Shown: positions 27,107 through 36,320 of the stretch, one piece after another
How positions within the stretch are numbered: position 1 is the first letter of the stretch
Layout of the letters: each line of letters begins with the position of its first letter
Position numbers and translations under genes: made by a program
The notes under the pieces: model-generated
What the model was told of the DNA's origin: nothing
Seen by the model: only the letters and a program-made list of their open reading frames with translations
Databases searched by the model: none
Assembly: GCA_035456465.1 (NCBI GenBank)
Contig: DATIDD010000077.1
Span: 4,252 to 68,251, forward strand
Reading direction: 5' to 3'
Length of the DNA: 64,000 nucleotides
DNA from: Gaiellaceae bacterium
GTDB taxonomy: Bacteria > Actinomycetota > Thermoleophilia > Gaiellales > Gaiellaceae

Positions 27107-28104
27107 GCTGGCACCGGCTCGCGCTCGAGCTCGCCGCCTTCCTCGCCTTCCTCGCTCTCCTGCTCGCCCTCGAGGCTGCGGCCCGTCTTCGCCAGGAACA
27201 CGTCGTCGAGCGTGGGCGCGTGCAGGCGGAGCGTCGCGAGCTCGAGCCCCTCCGCGTCGAGCGCGCGGACGACGTCGGCGAGGTCGTGGTCGCTGTCGAG
27301 CAGCACCGCGACGGTGCCCGGTGCGGCGGCCGTGCCGCGGCCGAAGCGCGTCAGCACGCGCGCCACCGCCTCGGCCGTGGCGGCGTCGGCGGGCGCCGCC
27401 TCGACCGTCGGCCGCCCGATCTCCGCCTTCAGCACGTCGGGCGTCCCCTCGGCGACGATGCGGCCGCGGTGGATGATGCCGACGCGATCGGCGAGGACGT
27501 CCGCCTCCTCGAGGTACTGCGTCGTGAGGAAGACGGTGACGCCGTCCTCGCGCGCGAGCCGGCCGACCTCCGTCCACAGCGCGCTGCGGCTCTGCGGGTC
27601 GAGCCCCGTCGTCGGCTCGTCGAGGAACAGGATCCGCGGGCGGTGGACGAGCGCGAGCGCCAGGTCGAGCCGGCGCTTCATCCCGCCCGAGTACGTGCGA
27701 ACGCGGCGGTCGGCGGCGAGGGTCAAGCCGACGCGCTCGAGCAGCTCGTCGCCGCGGCGCGAGCGCTCCGCGCGCGGCAGCCCGTGGAGGGCACCCTGGA
27801 GACGGAGGTGGTCGCGCGCCGTGAGGAAGGGATCGAGTGCCGCCTCCTGCAACGCTGCCCCGATCGTCGCCCGGACCTGCGGTCCGTCGCGGACGACGTC
27901 GTGCCCGCCGACGACGGCCGTGCCCGACGTGGGCGGGAGCAGCGTCGTCAGCATGTGCACGGTCGTCGACTTGCCGGCGCCGTTCGGGCCGAGGAAGCCG
28001 TAGATCTCGCCCGGCGAGACCTCGAGGTCGATCCCGTCCACCGCGCGCGGGCCCTTGCGGAACTGCTTGACGAGCTGGTCGGCGGTGATCGCGGCGCCCG
28101 ACAT
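27103..28104 (-). CDS. ABC transporter ATP-binding protein (DrrA-like)
   Basis: Walker A GPNGAGKST, signature YSGGMKRRLDLA, Walker B ILFLDEPTTGLD. ATG 28104 (MSGAAIT) preferred over the track start 28146. Confidence 0.9.
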   Translation of the reverse strand: MSGAAITADQLVKQFRKGPRAVDGIDLEVSPGEIYGFLGPNGAGKSTTVHMLTTLLPPTSGTAVVGGHDVVRDGPQVRATIGAALQEAALDPFLTARDHLRLQGALHGLPRAERSRRGDELLERVGLTLAADRRVRTYSGGMKRRLDLALALVHRPRILFLDEPTTGLDPQSRSALWTEVGRLAREDGVTVFLTTQYLEEADVLADRVGIIHRGRIVAEGTPDVLKAEIGRPTVEAAPADAATAEAVARVLTRFGRGTAAAPGTVAVLLDSDHDLADVVRALDAEGLELATLRLHAPTLDDVFLAKTGRSLEGEQESEEGEEGGELEREPVPA

Positions 28105-28107
28105 CCC

Positions 28108-28164
28108 GTTCAACGCTACCTGCGGGGGTTGCAGCCCCGACCCCACCGCCGGGTACCCTTGAAC
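28108..28164. promoter_or_regulatory. Divergent promoter region with imperfect inverted repeat (MarR operator candidate)
   Basis: GTTCAAcgcTACC (28108-28120) and GGTAcccTTGAAC (28152-28164) are inverted copies (10/13 complementary). They lie between the divergent ABC and marR starts. Confidence 0.35.
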
Positions 28165-28171
28165 GACCGGT

Positions 28172-28651
28172 ATGAGCGTGCCGACGAAGACCCGTGACGG
28201 AGTCGAGCTCGAGGCGTGGACGCGGTTCCTGCGGGCGCACGCGGCGCTGACGAGGGAGCTGAACGCCGAGCTGCTGCAGGGCCACGGGCTGACGCTGAGC
28301 GACTACGAGGTGCTCCTCGTGCTCGCGCGGGCGGACGACCGCCGGCTGCGGCGCGTCGACCTGGCCGAGCGCGTGCTGCTGTCGCCGTCGGGGATCACGC
28401 GGCTGCTCGAGGGGCTCGAGCGGAGCGCGTTCGTGGAGAAGGCCGCCTGCGACACCGACCGCCGGGTCGTCTACGCCGCGCTCACCGACGCGGGGCTCGC
28501 GAAGCTGCGGGAAGCCGCGCGGACGCACGTGGCCGGCGTCCACCGGCTGTACCTCGACCGCTTCTCGGCGGACGAGCGCGAGACGCTGGCGGAGCTGCTG
28601 GGACGCCTGCCGCTCGCGGACGGCAGCGACAGCTGCGTCGCGGACGCCTGA
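28172..28651 (+). CDS. MarR-family transcriptional regulator
   Basis: Winged-helix region LTLSDYEVLLVLA...VDLAERVLLSPSGITRLLEGLERSAFVEK...DRR. Confidence 0.9.
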   Translation: MSVPTKTRDGVELEAWTRFLRAHAALTRELNAELLQGHGLTLSDYEVLLVLARADDRRLRRVDLAERVLLSPSGITRLLEGLERSAFVEKAACDTDRRVVYAALTDAGLAKLREAARTHVAGVHRLYLDRFSADERETLAELLGRLPLADGSDSCVADA

Positions 28652-28656
28652 CGCGG

Positions 28657-30117
28657 CTAGCGCTTCGAGCTCGAGCCGTTGCCGCCGTTGCCGCTCGTGC
28701 CGAGCTGCTTCTCCCACCACTCGGCGTCGCGCTTGTCGAGCGTCCCCTGCACCTGCCCGACGTAGGCGGCCACCTGCGACTCCTTCTGGTCGAGGCGCCG
28801 CTTGAGCTCCTCGAGCGTCTGCTCGCGCTGGTCGAGCTTGTCCGTGCGGAGCTCCCAGTCGGCCTCGATGCTCGCGAGTCGCTGCTCGAGCTCCGCCTCG
28901 CGCTCGTCGAGGTCGCGGATCCGGTCGTGGAGCGCCTGCTCCATTCCGGCGAGCCGCTCGTCGCGGCGCTCCGCGCGCTTGCGCTGGGAGTCCATCAGCT
29001 GCTCGGAGCTCGCCAGCTCCGCGTCGCGTGCCGCCAGCTCGCGCTCCCGCTCCTCGAGCCGCGCCGCGAGCTCGTCGAGGTCGCGGCCGCGTGACTCCTC
29101 GCGGTTGACGCGACCGAGCTGGGACTCGCGATGGTTGAGCTCGGCCTCGCGGGCGGCCAGCTCGGTCTCCCTCGCGTCGAGCTCGCCGAGGCGCCGCAGC
29201 ACGTCGGAGGCCTGCTTGTCCTTGCCCTGCCAGTCGTTCTCGAACCGCTGCGCCTGGTCGCGAAGCCGCTCCTGCTTGAGCATGAGCTCCGCCTCGCGCT
29301 CGCCCAGCGCCTCGTCCTTCGCCGCGAGGCGTGCCTCGTTCCTGGCGGCCTCGCGCTCGCGCGCCTCGGCGCGCTGCGTCGCCTCGCGCAGCTCCTTCTC
29401 CCGCGCCTTCAGCGCCGACTCGCGCTCCGACAGCGAGCGCTCCCGGGCTTCGAGCCGGGCCTTGCCCTCGCGGTCGCGCGTCTCGACGTCGGTCTTCGCG
29501 CGCTCGAGCTTCCGCTCGCGGTCGGCGAGCGCGTCGGCCCGCTTGGAGAGATCCGCGGCGGCGCGCGTCCGCTCGCGCTCGGCCTGCTTGAGCTCGTCGA
29601 CCTTCGTCTCGACGGAAACCTGGCGCTCGGCGACGTACGCCTGCTCGGTCGCGACCTCGTCCTGGAGCGCACGCAGCCGGCGGCGCTCCTCCTCGGCCTC
29701 GGCTGCGAGCTCGGCGGCGCGCCGCTCGCGCTCGACCAGCTCCGTCTCCTGCGCGGCGAGGCGGGCGGCCCGGTCCTCGACGGCGGCCGCCCTGGCGGCG
29801 TAGTCGCGTTCCGCGTCGAGCCCGCGCTCCGCGCGCTCGAGCTGCTCCTGGAGCGTGAGCTGGAGCTCGCGCTCGCGCGTCAGGGCCGCGGCGAGCTCCA
29901 CGCGCAGCGCGTCGACGTCCGGGCCCACGGGCTCGGGCCGAGCGGCGACCGGGACGGCCACCGGGGCCGGGGCGGCCTCGACGTGCGCCGCGGGCGGCAG
30001 CTCGGGAGCGGGCTCGGGCTCGGGCGTGGGATCCGCGTGGGCGGGCTCGCGGCTCTTCGCGACCTTGGCGCGAAGGCCCGACCCGAAGCCCTTCTCGGTC
30101 TCGTTGTTCTCGGGCAC
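28657..30117 (-). CDS. Hypothetical long coiled-coil protein (terminal gene of the Tad operon)
   Basis: Hydrophilic Pro-rich N-terminus with no TM or signal peptide. About 380 aa of E/R/A/L-rich heptad-like sequence (..ELVERERRAAELAAEAEEERRRLRALQDE..). Gly/Ser/Asn tail. Starts 4 nt after the tadC stop. Confidence 0.75.
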   Translation of the reverse strand: MPENNETEKGFGSGLRAKVAKSREPAHADPTPEPEPAPELPPAAHVEAAPAPVAVPVAARPEPVGPDVDALRVELAAALTRERELQLTLQEQLERAERGLDAERDYAARAAAVEDRAARLAAQETELVERERRAAELAAEAEEERRRLRALQDEVATEQAYVAERQVSVETKVDELKQAERERTRAAADLSKRADALADRERKLERAKTDVETRDREGKARLEARERSLSERESALKAREKELREATQRAEAREREAARNEARLAAKDEALGEREAELMLKQERLRDQAQRFENDWQGKDKQASDVLRRLGELDARETELAAREAELNHRESQLGRVNREESRGRDLDELAARLEERERELAARDAELASSEQLMDSQRKRAERRDERLAGMEQALHDRIRDLDEREAELEQRLASIEADWELRTDKLDQREQTLEELKRRLDQKESQVAAYVGQVQGTLDKRDAEWWEKQLGTSGNGGNGSSSKR

Positions 30118-30121
30118 CGGC

Positions 30122-31030
30122 CTACACCGAGGAGAACGTGTCGAGGAGGGAGATCATCGCCGGGCCCAGGATGACCACGAACATCGCCGGGAAGATGAAG
30201 AGCACCGTCGGGAACAGCATCTTGATCGGCGCCTTCATCGCCTTCTCCTCGGCGGCCGCCTGGCGGCGATGACGGGAGTCGGCCGCCTGCACGCGCAGGA
30301 TCCGGCCGAGCGAGATGCCGAGCTGGTCGGCCTGGATGATCGCGCGCACGAACGCGGCCATCTCCGGGGCGTCGACCCGGTCGGCGAGGTGCCGAAGCGC
30401 GTCGGCGCGCGACTCGCCCACACGCATCTCGCCGAGCGCGAGCGAGAACTCGTCCACGAGCGGCCCGTGCATGTGCTCGGTCACCTTCTGGATCGCGCCG
30501 TCGAACCCGAGCCCGGCCTCGACCGAGACGGCGAGCAGGTCGAGCACGTCCGGCAGCTCGCCGCGGATCGTCTCGTTGCGGGAGCGCGCGCGGAACGTGA
30601 GCGCCATGTCCGGGAGCACGAACAGCATCCCGGCGCCGAGCAGGCCGAGCATGAGCGCCGTCCCGGTGCCGCGCGACGAGCCGAGCACGGCGCCGGCGAA
30701 CAGGCCGGTCACGCCGGTGACCACCTTGGCGGCGAGGAAGCCGTTCGGCGAGATCCGCCGTGCCAGTCCGGCCGCCCGCAGCTTCCGCGCGACCGAGTCG
30801 ACGCTCGACTTCGGCGTCAGTCGGAGCGCCCAGCCGGCGAGGCGCAGCTTCGCGGGCTCGAGGACGCGCTGGTTGAACGGGAGCTCGGCGCCGTGCGGGT
30901 TCAGCTGCACGCGTCCGTACGTCGAGGCGCGACGCACCGACATCCGCCGCTCGCGCGCCGGGAGGGTGACGACCTCCGCGGCCAGGAAGGCGGCCACTGC
31001 GAGGACGGAGAAGGAGAGCGCGAAGAGCAT
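30122..31030 (-). CDS. tadC: Type II secretion system F-family protein (TadC)
   Basis: T2SSF domain (ELPDVLDLLAVSVEAGLGFDGAI...FVRAIIQADQLGISLGRILRVQA...KAPIKMLFP). Confidence 0.88.
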   Translation of the reverse strand: MLFALSFSVLAVAAFLAAEVVTLPARERRMSVRRASTYGRVQLNPHGAELPFNQRVLEPAKLRLAGWALRLTPKSSVDSVARKLRAAGLARRISPNGFLAAKVVTGVTGLFAGAVLGSSRGTGTALMLGLLGAGMLFVLPDMALTFRARSRNETIRGELPDVLDLLAVSVEAGLGFDGAIQKVTEHMHGPLVDEFSLALGEMRVGESRADALRHLADRVDAPEMAAFVRAIIQADQLGISLGRILRVQAADSRHRRQAAAEEKAMKAPIKMLFPTVLFIFPAMFVVILGPAMISLLDTFSSV

Positions 31031-31033
31031 CGA

Positions 31034-32899
31034 TTACCCCTTGAAGGAGACGATCTTGCGGAGGAGGATGGAGCCGAACCCGATCATCCCCACGGCCAGG
31101 ATCATCAGCTTGTGGCCGGTCGAGGTGAAGTAGAGCGGTCGCATGAACTCGCGGTTCAGCAGCGTGATCACGCCGGCGGTGAAGAAGGGCAGCCCGACGA
31201 GCACGTAGGCCGACGCGCGTCCCATCGCGGTCAGGCCGCGCACCTTGCGGATGAACTGCTGCCGCTGGCGCACCGTCTCGGCGACCATGTCGAACAGCGA
31301 GGCGAGCGAGCCGCCGACCTGGCTCTGGATCGTGACCGCGTTGAGCACGAAGCGGAGGTTCTTCGAGTTGACCCGCTCCGCCATGTCGGCGAGCGCGTCC
31401 TCCATCGCCCGGCCGAGCTGCGTCTCCGCGAGCACGCGCTGGAACTCCTTGCTCGCGGGCGGCTGGCCCTCGTCGACGACGGTCTGGAGGCCCTGCTTGA
31501 AGCTGTGCCCCGCCTTCAGCGACGCGGCCATCGTCAGGAGGATGTCCGGCAGCTGGTTCTCGAACGCCTTCAGGCGCTTGCGCGTGCGGAGCGTCAGGTA
31601 GCCGAGGGGGACGGCCGCGCCCACGGCGAAGCCGGCGAGGATGAGCAGCGTCGGCGCTCCCGCGACCGCGGCCACGAGCGCGACGAGGAACGAGGCGCCG
31701 ATCACGATGTAGAGGAACTCGACCGTCCGCAGCGGCAGGTCTGCGCGCTCGAGGGCCCGGTGCAGCTTCGCCCACCAGTTGAGGTGGCCGAACGCCCGCT
31801 CGGTGGCGGCCATGACGCTCGTGCCCATCGTGAAGCGGTCGCGGTGCTCGGCGCGCTTCCGCGCGCCCACCGCGGGGGCGACGTGCGGGGCCAGCCGTCC
31901 CTTCAGCCAGGCGGAGCGGCGGGCCGCGGCGACGAAGACGAGCGACAGGAGGACGAGGAAGCCGACCATCGCGCCGACCGCGAAGGAGCTCCAGCCGGAG
32001 TCGTACGCGGTGGCGGGAAGCAGGGTCGACGGCTGCTCGGGCGCGGGCGCGGCGCGGCCGGGGACCGTGACCGTCCGCTCGTCCGTGCCGGCGCCGTGAG
32101 CCGACGCCGTGAGCCGGACGTCCTCGCCGGGCCGGGCGGCGGTCACGTACGTGAGTCGCCAGGTGCGGGCGAGCTCGCTGGCGATCGAGCGATACGCGGA
32201 CGCGAGCTCGGCGCTCGAGGCGGCGTCGCGGTAGCTGCCGCCGGTCTCCTCGGAGAGCCGGCGCAGCGAGGCGGGCGAGAACTGGTCGCTCGCGATTCCG
32301 ACGGCGTAGACGGAGGCGCCCGCGCGGCGCGCGGCGTCGACCGCGGCGTCCTCGCTCGCGCGGCTCGAGACGTCGGTGCCGTCGGTCACGACCACGAGCA
32401 CGCGGCCGAGCAGCGGCTCCCGCCCGAGCATGCGCGAGCCGAGCACGACGGCGTCGTTCAGCGCCGTGCCCTGGCGCTTGTCGACGGCGAGCTCGCGGAG
32501 GGCGATGTCGGCGTCGATCGTGGCGGAGGTGAAGCGGGTGTACGCGGAGGCCTTCTCGCCGAAGCCGACGATCGCGACCCGGTCGCCGGACGACTTCGAC
32601 CGGACGAACGACCGCGCGGCGGCGAGCGCGTCCGCCAGCGGCTTCCCGCGCATCGAGCGCGAGAGGTCGACGGCGACGACGACGCTCTTCGCCCGGCCGA
32701 GGTTCTCGGCGTGCAGGCCGGCGACCGGATCGCCGTCCTCCCGCAGCCGCGGCGCCGCCTGGGGCGGAGCCGAGACGGTGACCGCGAGGCGCGGGTACGC
32801 GTGCGCGTCGACGTGCGTGACCCGGACGCCGTCCGCGGCCGAGGAGGCCGGGACGAGCGCGAGCGCCGCGAGCGCGACGACGACGATCCGAAGCCTCAC
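31034..32899 (-). CDS. tadB: Fusion protein: secreted VWA (MIDAS) domain + TadB-type T2SSF platform domain
   Basis: Signal-like VRLRIVVVALAALALVPASSAADG. VWA with a D-x-S-x-S motif (VVAVDLSRSM) and VVVTDGTD. TM segment. Then T2SSF (QLPDILLTMAASLKAGHSFKQGL...LNAVTIQSQVGGSLASLF..). Single uninterrupted frame; GTGA overlap with tadA. Confidence 0.85.
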   Translation of the reverse strand: MRLRIVVVALAALALVPASSAADGVRVTHVDAHAYPRLAVTVSAPPQAAPRLREDGDPVAGLHAENLGRAKSVVVAVDLSRSMRGKPLADALAAARSFVRSKSSGDRVAIVGFGEKASAYTRFTSATIDADIALRELAVDKRQGTALNDAVVLGSRMLGREPLLGRVLVVVTDGTDVSSRASEDAAVDAARRAGASVYAVGIASDQFSPASLRRLSEETGGSYRDAASSAELASAYRSIASELARTWRLTYVTAARPGEDVRLTASAHGAGTDERTVTVPGRAAPAPEQPSTLLPATAYDSGWSSFAVGAMVGFLVLLSLVFVAAARRSAWLKGRLAPHVAPAVGARKRAEHRDRFTMGTSVMAATERAFGHLNWWAKLHRALERADLPLRTVEFLYIVIGASFLVALVAAVAGAPTLLILAGFAVGAAVPLGYLTLRTRKRLKAFENQLPDILLTMAASLKAGHSFKQGLQTVVDEGQPPASKEFQRVLAETQLGRAMEDALADMAERVNSKNLRFVLNAVTIQSQVGGSLASLFDMVAETVRQRQQFIRKVRGLTAMGRASAYVLVGLPFFTAGVITLLNREFMRPLYFTSTGHKLMILAVGMIGFGSILLRKIVSFKG

Positions 32900-34329
32900 T
32901 GGACCGTCCCCAGGCTCGTCGAGCCGAACGTCGGCCGCTCGCGGTCGGCGGTGAAGAACGTCGGCGGCAGCGTCACGCCGTTGGCCGCGAGCTTCTCGAG
33001 GAAGTGCGGCTTCAGGCCCGTGCAGCGCAGCGGCGAGAGCAGCCGCGCCGTGCCGGCGATCGCCTCGTCCTCCTCCGGCGGCTTCGCGTGGAAGATGTCC
33101 TGCAGGGTGATCACGTCGGACTCCATCCGCAGCACCTCGGTGATGTGGGTGATGCGGCGGGAGCCGTCGACGAGGCGCTGGATCTGCACGAGCAGGTCGA
33201 ACGCGGACGAGATCTGCTCGCGGATGGCGCGGTGCGGGAGCTCCACGCCCGCCGTCATCACGAGCGTCTCCAGGCGGGAGAGCGCGTCGCGCGGCGAGTT
33301 CGCGTGGATCGTCGTCAGCGAGCCCTCGTGGCCCGTGTTCATCGCCTGGAGCATGTCGAGCGTCTCCGGGCCGCGGACCTCGCCGACGATGATCCGGTCG
33401 GGGCGCATGCGGAGGGAGTTCCGGACGAGCTCGCGGATGCGGATCTCGCCCATGCCCTCGATGTTCGGGGGCCGCGACTCGAGCGTGATCACGTGCTCCT
33501 GCTGGAGCTGGAGCTCGGCGGCGTCCTCGATCGTGACGATGCGCTCGTCGTGCGGGATGTACGCCGACATCGCGTTCAGCGTCGTCGTCTTGCCGGTGCC
33601 GGTTCCGCCCGAGACGAGGATGTTCAGCTTGCCTCGCACGCACGCCGCCAGGAACTGTCCGGCGGTCGGCGTGAGCGTCCCGAACGCGACGAGGTCGTCC
33701 ATCGTGTACGGGTCGCGGGAGAACTTCCGGATCGTGAGCGTCGGGCCCTTGAGCGCGAGCGGCGGGATGATCGCGTTCACGCGGCTCCCGTCCGGGAGGC
33801 GCGCGTCGACCATCGGCGAGGCCTCGTCGATCCGGCGCCCGACCTGCGAGACGATCTTGTCGATGATCCGCAGCAGGTGCGCGTCGTCGAGGAACCCGAC
33901 GGGCGTGCGCTCGATCTTGCCCGAGCGCTCGATGTAGATCGCCTCCGGGCCGTTGACCATGACCTCGGTCACGGTGTCGTCGGCGAGGAACGGCTCGAGC
34001 GGCCCGTAGCCGAGGATGTCGTCGGCGATCTCCTTGACGATCTGCTGGCGCTCCTCGCGCGTGAGCGGCGTCCGGTCGAGGATCAGCTGCTCGGTCACCG
34101 CCCGCAGGACGCGGTCGGCGAGGTCCTCCTGCGACGAGCCGGCGAAGAGCTCCGGGCCGAGCTTGGCGATGCACGCGTGGTGGATCCGCGTCTTCAGCTC
34201 GGCGTACGGGTCGCTCGGCGCCGTCTCGACCTTCGGCGGCGGCGGCGCGCCGACGCGGGGCGGCTCGGCGGTGGCGGCCGCCGGGCCGTGGCCGTTCGGC
34301 GTCGTCTTCAGGCGGTCGTGGAGACCCAT
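32896..34329 (-). CDS. tadA: CpaF/TadA family pilus-assembly ATPase
   Basis: Walker A GGTGTGKTT, Walker B RIIVGEVRG, His box, and a T2SSE fold throughout. Confidence 0.95.
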   Translation of the reverse strand: MGLHDRLKTTPNGHGPAAATAEPPRVGAPPPPKVETAPSDPYAELKTRIHHACIAKLGPELFAGSSQEDLADRVLRAVTEQLILDRTPLTREERQQIVKEIADDILGYGPLEPFLADDTVTEVMVNGPEAIYIERSGKIERTPVGFLDDAHLLRIIDKIVSQVGRRIDEASPMVDARLPDGSRVNAIIPPLALKGPTLTIRKFSRDPYTMDDLVAFGTLTPTAGQFLAACVRGKLNILVSGGTGTGKTTTLNAMSAYIPHDERIVTIEDAAELQLQQEHVITLESRPPNIEGMGEIRIRELVRNSLRMRPDRIIVGEVRGPETLDMLQAMNTGHEGSLTTIHANSPRDALSRLETLVMTAGVELPHRAIREQISSAFDLLVQIQRLVDGSRRITHITEVLRMESDVITLQDIFHAKPPEEDEAIAGTARLLSPLRCTGLKPHFLEKLAANGVTLPPTFFTADRERPTFGSTSLGTVQ

Positions 34330-34332
34330 GGC

Positions 34333-35523
34333 CTACGCCTTTCCGAACGCCAGCAGCTTGCGGCGCTCCTTGACCCGCGGGCGGGGGCCCGCGGCGAGCT
34401 GCTTGGCCATCTCGCGCACGGCCTTGGAGAAGTCGTTCCGAGGCTCGGCGAGGACGAGCGGGTTGCCGCGGTTGACCGCGAGCGGCACCGCGCCGTCGCT
34501 CGGCACCTCGAAGGCGAGCCGCCGCTCGAGCGCGGCCTCGACCTCGCCCGGCTTCATCCCGACCTTCGTGTGCGTCCGCCGGAGCACGACCTTGATCCGC
34601 TCCTGCGGGAACGAGAGCAGCTCGAGGGTCTGGAGCGCGAGCCGGACGTTCTTGAGCGTCGGCACGTCCAGCGCGCACAGGAGCAGCAGCTCGTCCGTCC
34701 GGTCGAGCGTCGCCAGCATCGGCCCGTGGAAGAACGGCGAGGTGTCGACGACGATCAGGTCGTAGCCCTCACGCGCGACCTCGAGCAGCTTGGCCAGCTT
34801 CGCCTCGGTCACGAGCTCCGCGTCCTCGGGGCGCAGCGGCGCGGGGAGGATGTCGAGCCCGCACGGGTGCCGCGTGATGTAGCCGGCCAGCTTGTCCTGG
34901 TCGAGCTCGCCCGGGGCCGTGACGAAGTCGTGGATCGTCTTCTCGGGCTCGAGCCCGAGCATGATCGCCGCGTCGCCGAACTGGAGGTCGAGGTCGAGCA
35001 GCAGCGCCCGCTTGCCGTGGTGCTTCGCGAGCGACGCCGCGAGGTTCGTCGTCATCACCGTCTTGCCGGTGCCGCCCTTCGGCGAGAAGACGGTGACGAT
35101 CCGCCCGCGGCTGCCGTTGGCGGCGGCCCGCCGGCCGGAGTGGCTGACCTTCTTCAGCGCGAAGACGACGTTCTCGGGGAGCTGCGGGAGGAGGAGCACG
35201 TCGGCGACGTCGGCCTCGAGCGCCGACTCGAGCAGCGCGGACGACTCGAGCGACGCGACGAGGATCACGGGCGCCTGCGTGTACTCGCGGATCGCCGCCA
35301 GCTCGTTCGTCGGCAGCGACTCGCCGCGCGTGCCGTGCACGACGACGTGGAGGTGGGCGCCCGCGAGCGCGCCGGCGCCGTCCCGCACCTGCTCGGCCTG
35401 GCCGACGAACTCGACCTCCTCGTGCTCGGCCAGTGCCGCGCAGAGGCCGTCGAGGCCCTCGCAGGAGCCGGTGACGAAGACGCGGACGCGGTCGCGGCCG
35501 TCGTTGTCGAAGTCGTGGCTCAT
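34333..35523 (-). CDS. tadZ: CpaE/TadZ-like pilus-assembly protein (receiver-like domain + MinD/ParA ATPase fold)
   Basis: Deviant Walker A SPKGGTGKT, LLLDLDLQFGD, IVVDTSP. The N-terminal ~130 aa is REC-like. Confidence 0.88.
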   Translation of the reverse strand: MSHDFDNDGRDRVRVFVTGSCEGLDGLCAALAEHEEVEFVGQAEQVRDGAGALAGAHLHVVVHGTRGESLPTNELAAIREYTQAPVILVASLESSALLESALEADVADVLLLPQLPENVVFALKKVSHSGRRAAANGSRGRIVTVFSPKGGTGKTVMTTNLAASLAKHHGKRALLLDLDLQFGDAAIMLGLEPEKTIHDFVTAPGELDQDKLAGYITRHPCGLDILPAPLRPEDAELVTEAKLAKLLEVAREGYDLIVVDTSPFFHGPMLATLDRTDELLLLCALDVPTLKNVRLALQTLELLSFPQERIKVVLRRTHTKVGMKPGEVEAALERRLAFEVPSDGAVPLAVNRGNPLVLAEPRNDFSKAVREMAKQLAAGPRPRVKERRKLLAFGKA

Positions 35524-36299
35524 CAGTTCCTCCCGAAGCAGACCGAGGGATACGCGCCGGGACGCATCCCGTCGCACAGCAGGGTGGAGACCGTCTCGAG
35601 GCTCTCCGGGCTGTCGGTCGCGTCGGCCACCGGGCGCAGCGCGAGCGTCCACCCGGTCGCGACCTTCCGCGAGAACTCGAGCTTCTGCGTCTGCGCGTCG
35701 GTGAGCGCCAGCTGCACCGACACCTCGCCGGAGTCGCCCCCGACGCGCTCGGAGGCGAGCGTCGTGTCGGCGGCCTTGAGCACCTGGATGTCGCGGAGCA
35801 CGACGCGGCTGACCGAGAACTCGTCCTCGTCGTTGTTGCGCTTCACCGTGAACACGGCGACGACGTCGACGTGGTCGCCGCGCTTGACCGTGCCGGCGAG
35901 GAGCTGGTTGACGTTGCCGTCGACCTGGACGGCGCGGAGGTTGCCGCGCAGCTCGCCCTGGACGCCTGCGGCCTCGACGGCCTTGAACCGGCGGACGCTC
36001 ACCTGCTCGCCCTCGTAGACGGTCTCGGTCGCCACCAGGTCCTTGACCTGCGACGGCTGCGAGATCGCGCCGGGGACGACGGTGCGGCGGGCGACCTTCT
36101 CCGCGCGGAGCAGGCCGTCGTCGAGCACGTCCTGTCCGGGCGTGCCGACGGGGATCTCCTTCGTCGCCACGTACACGGTCACGTTGGCCTCGTCGGCCCG
36201 GACCGTCTTCTTGTAGTTCGCGACGTAGAAGCTGGTGAGGATGGCCGCGAGCGCCGCCAGACCGACGGCGAGGACGATATTCCTGAGGCGGTAGTTCAT
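35523..36299 (-). CDS. cpaB: Flp pilus assembly protein CpaB/RcpC family
   Basis: N-terminal TM anchor, SAF-like and RcpC-like regions (VYVATKEIPVGT...VSVRRF...AVQVD..GD.VDVV). Confidence 0.8.
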   Translation of the reverse strand: MNYRLRNIVLAVGLAALAAILTSFYVANYKKTVRADEANVTVYVATKEIPVGTPGQDVLDDGLLRAEKVARRTVVPGAISQPSQVKDLVATETVYEGEQVSVRRFKAVEAAGVQGELRGNLRAVQVDGNVNQLLAGTVKRGDHVDVVAVFTVKRNNDEDEFSVSRVVLRDIQVLKAADTTLASERVGGDSGEVSVQLALTDAQTQKLEFSRKVATGWTLALRPVADATDSPESLETVSTLLCDGMRPGAYPSVCFGRN

Positions 36300-36320
36300 T
36301 CCGGTCCCTTTTGTCGGTTG

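Noticed and set aside
28802-29803. 333-aa Ser/Arg/Ala-rich plus-strand ORF
   Set aside because: It is the mirror (antisense) frame of the coiled-coil gene. The GAG/CGC-rich coding strand gives a Ser/Ala/Arg-rich open frame on the complement, with no independent start context.
29855-33937. 1360-aa plus-strand ORF across the Tad region
   Set aside because: It is antisense to the coiled-coil, tadC, VWA-tadB and tadA genes. Composition is low-complexity Arg/Glu/Gly/Asp with no family motifs. The opposite strand encodes textbook Tad proteins.
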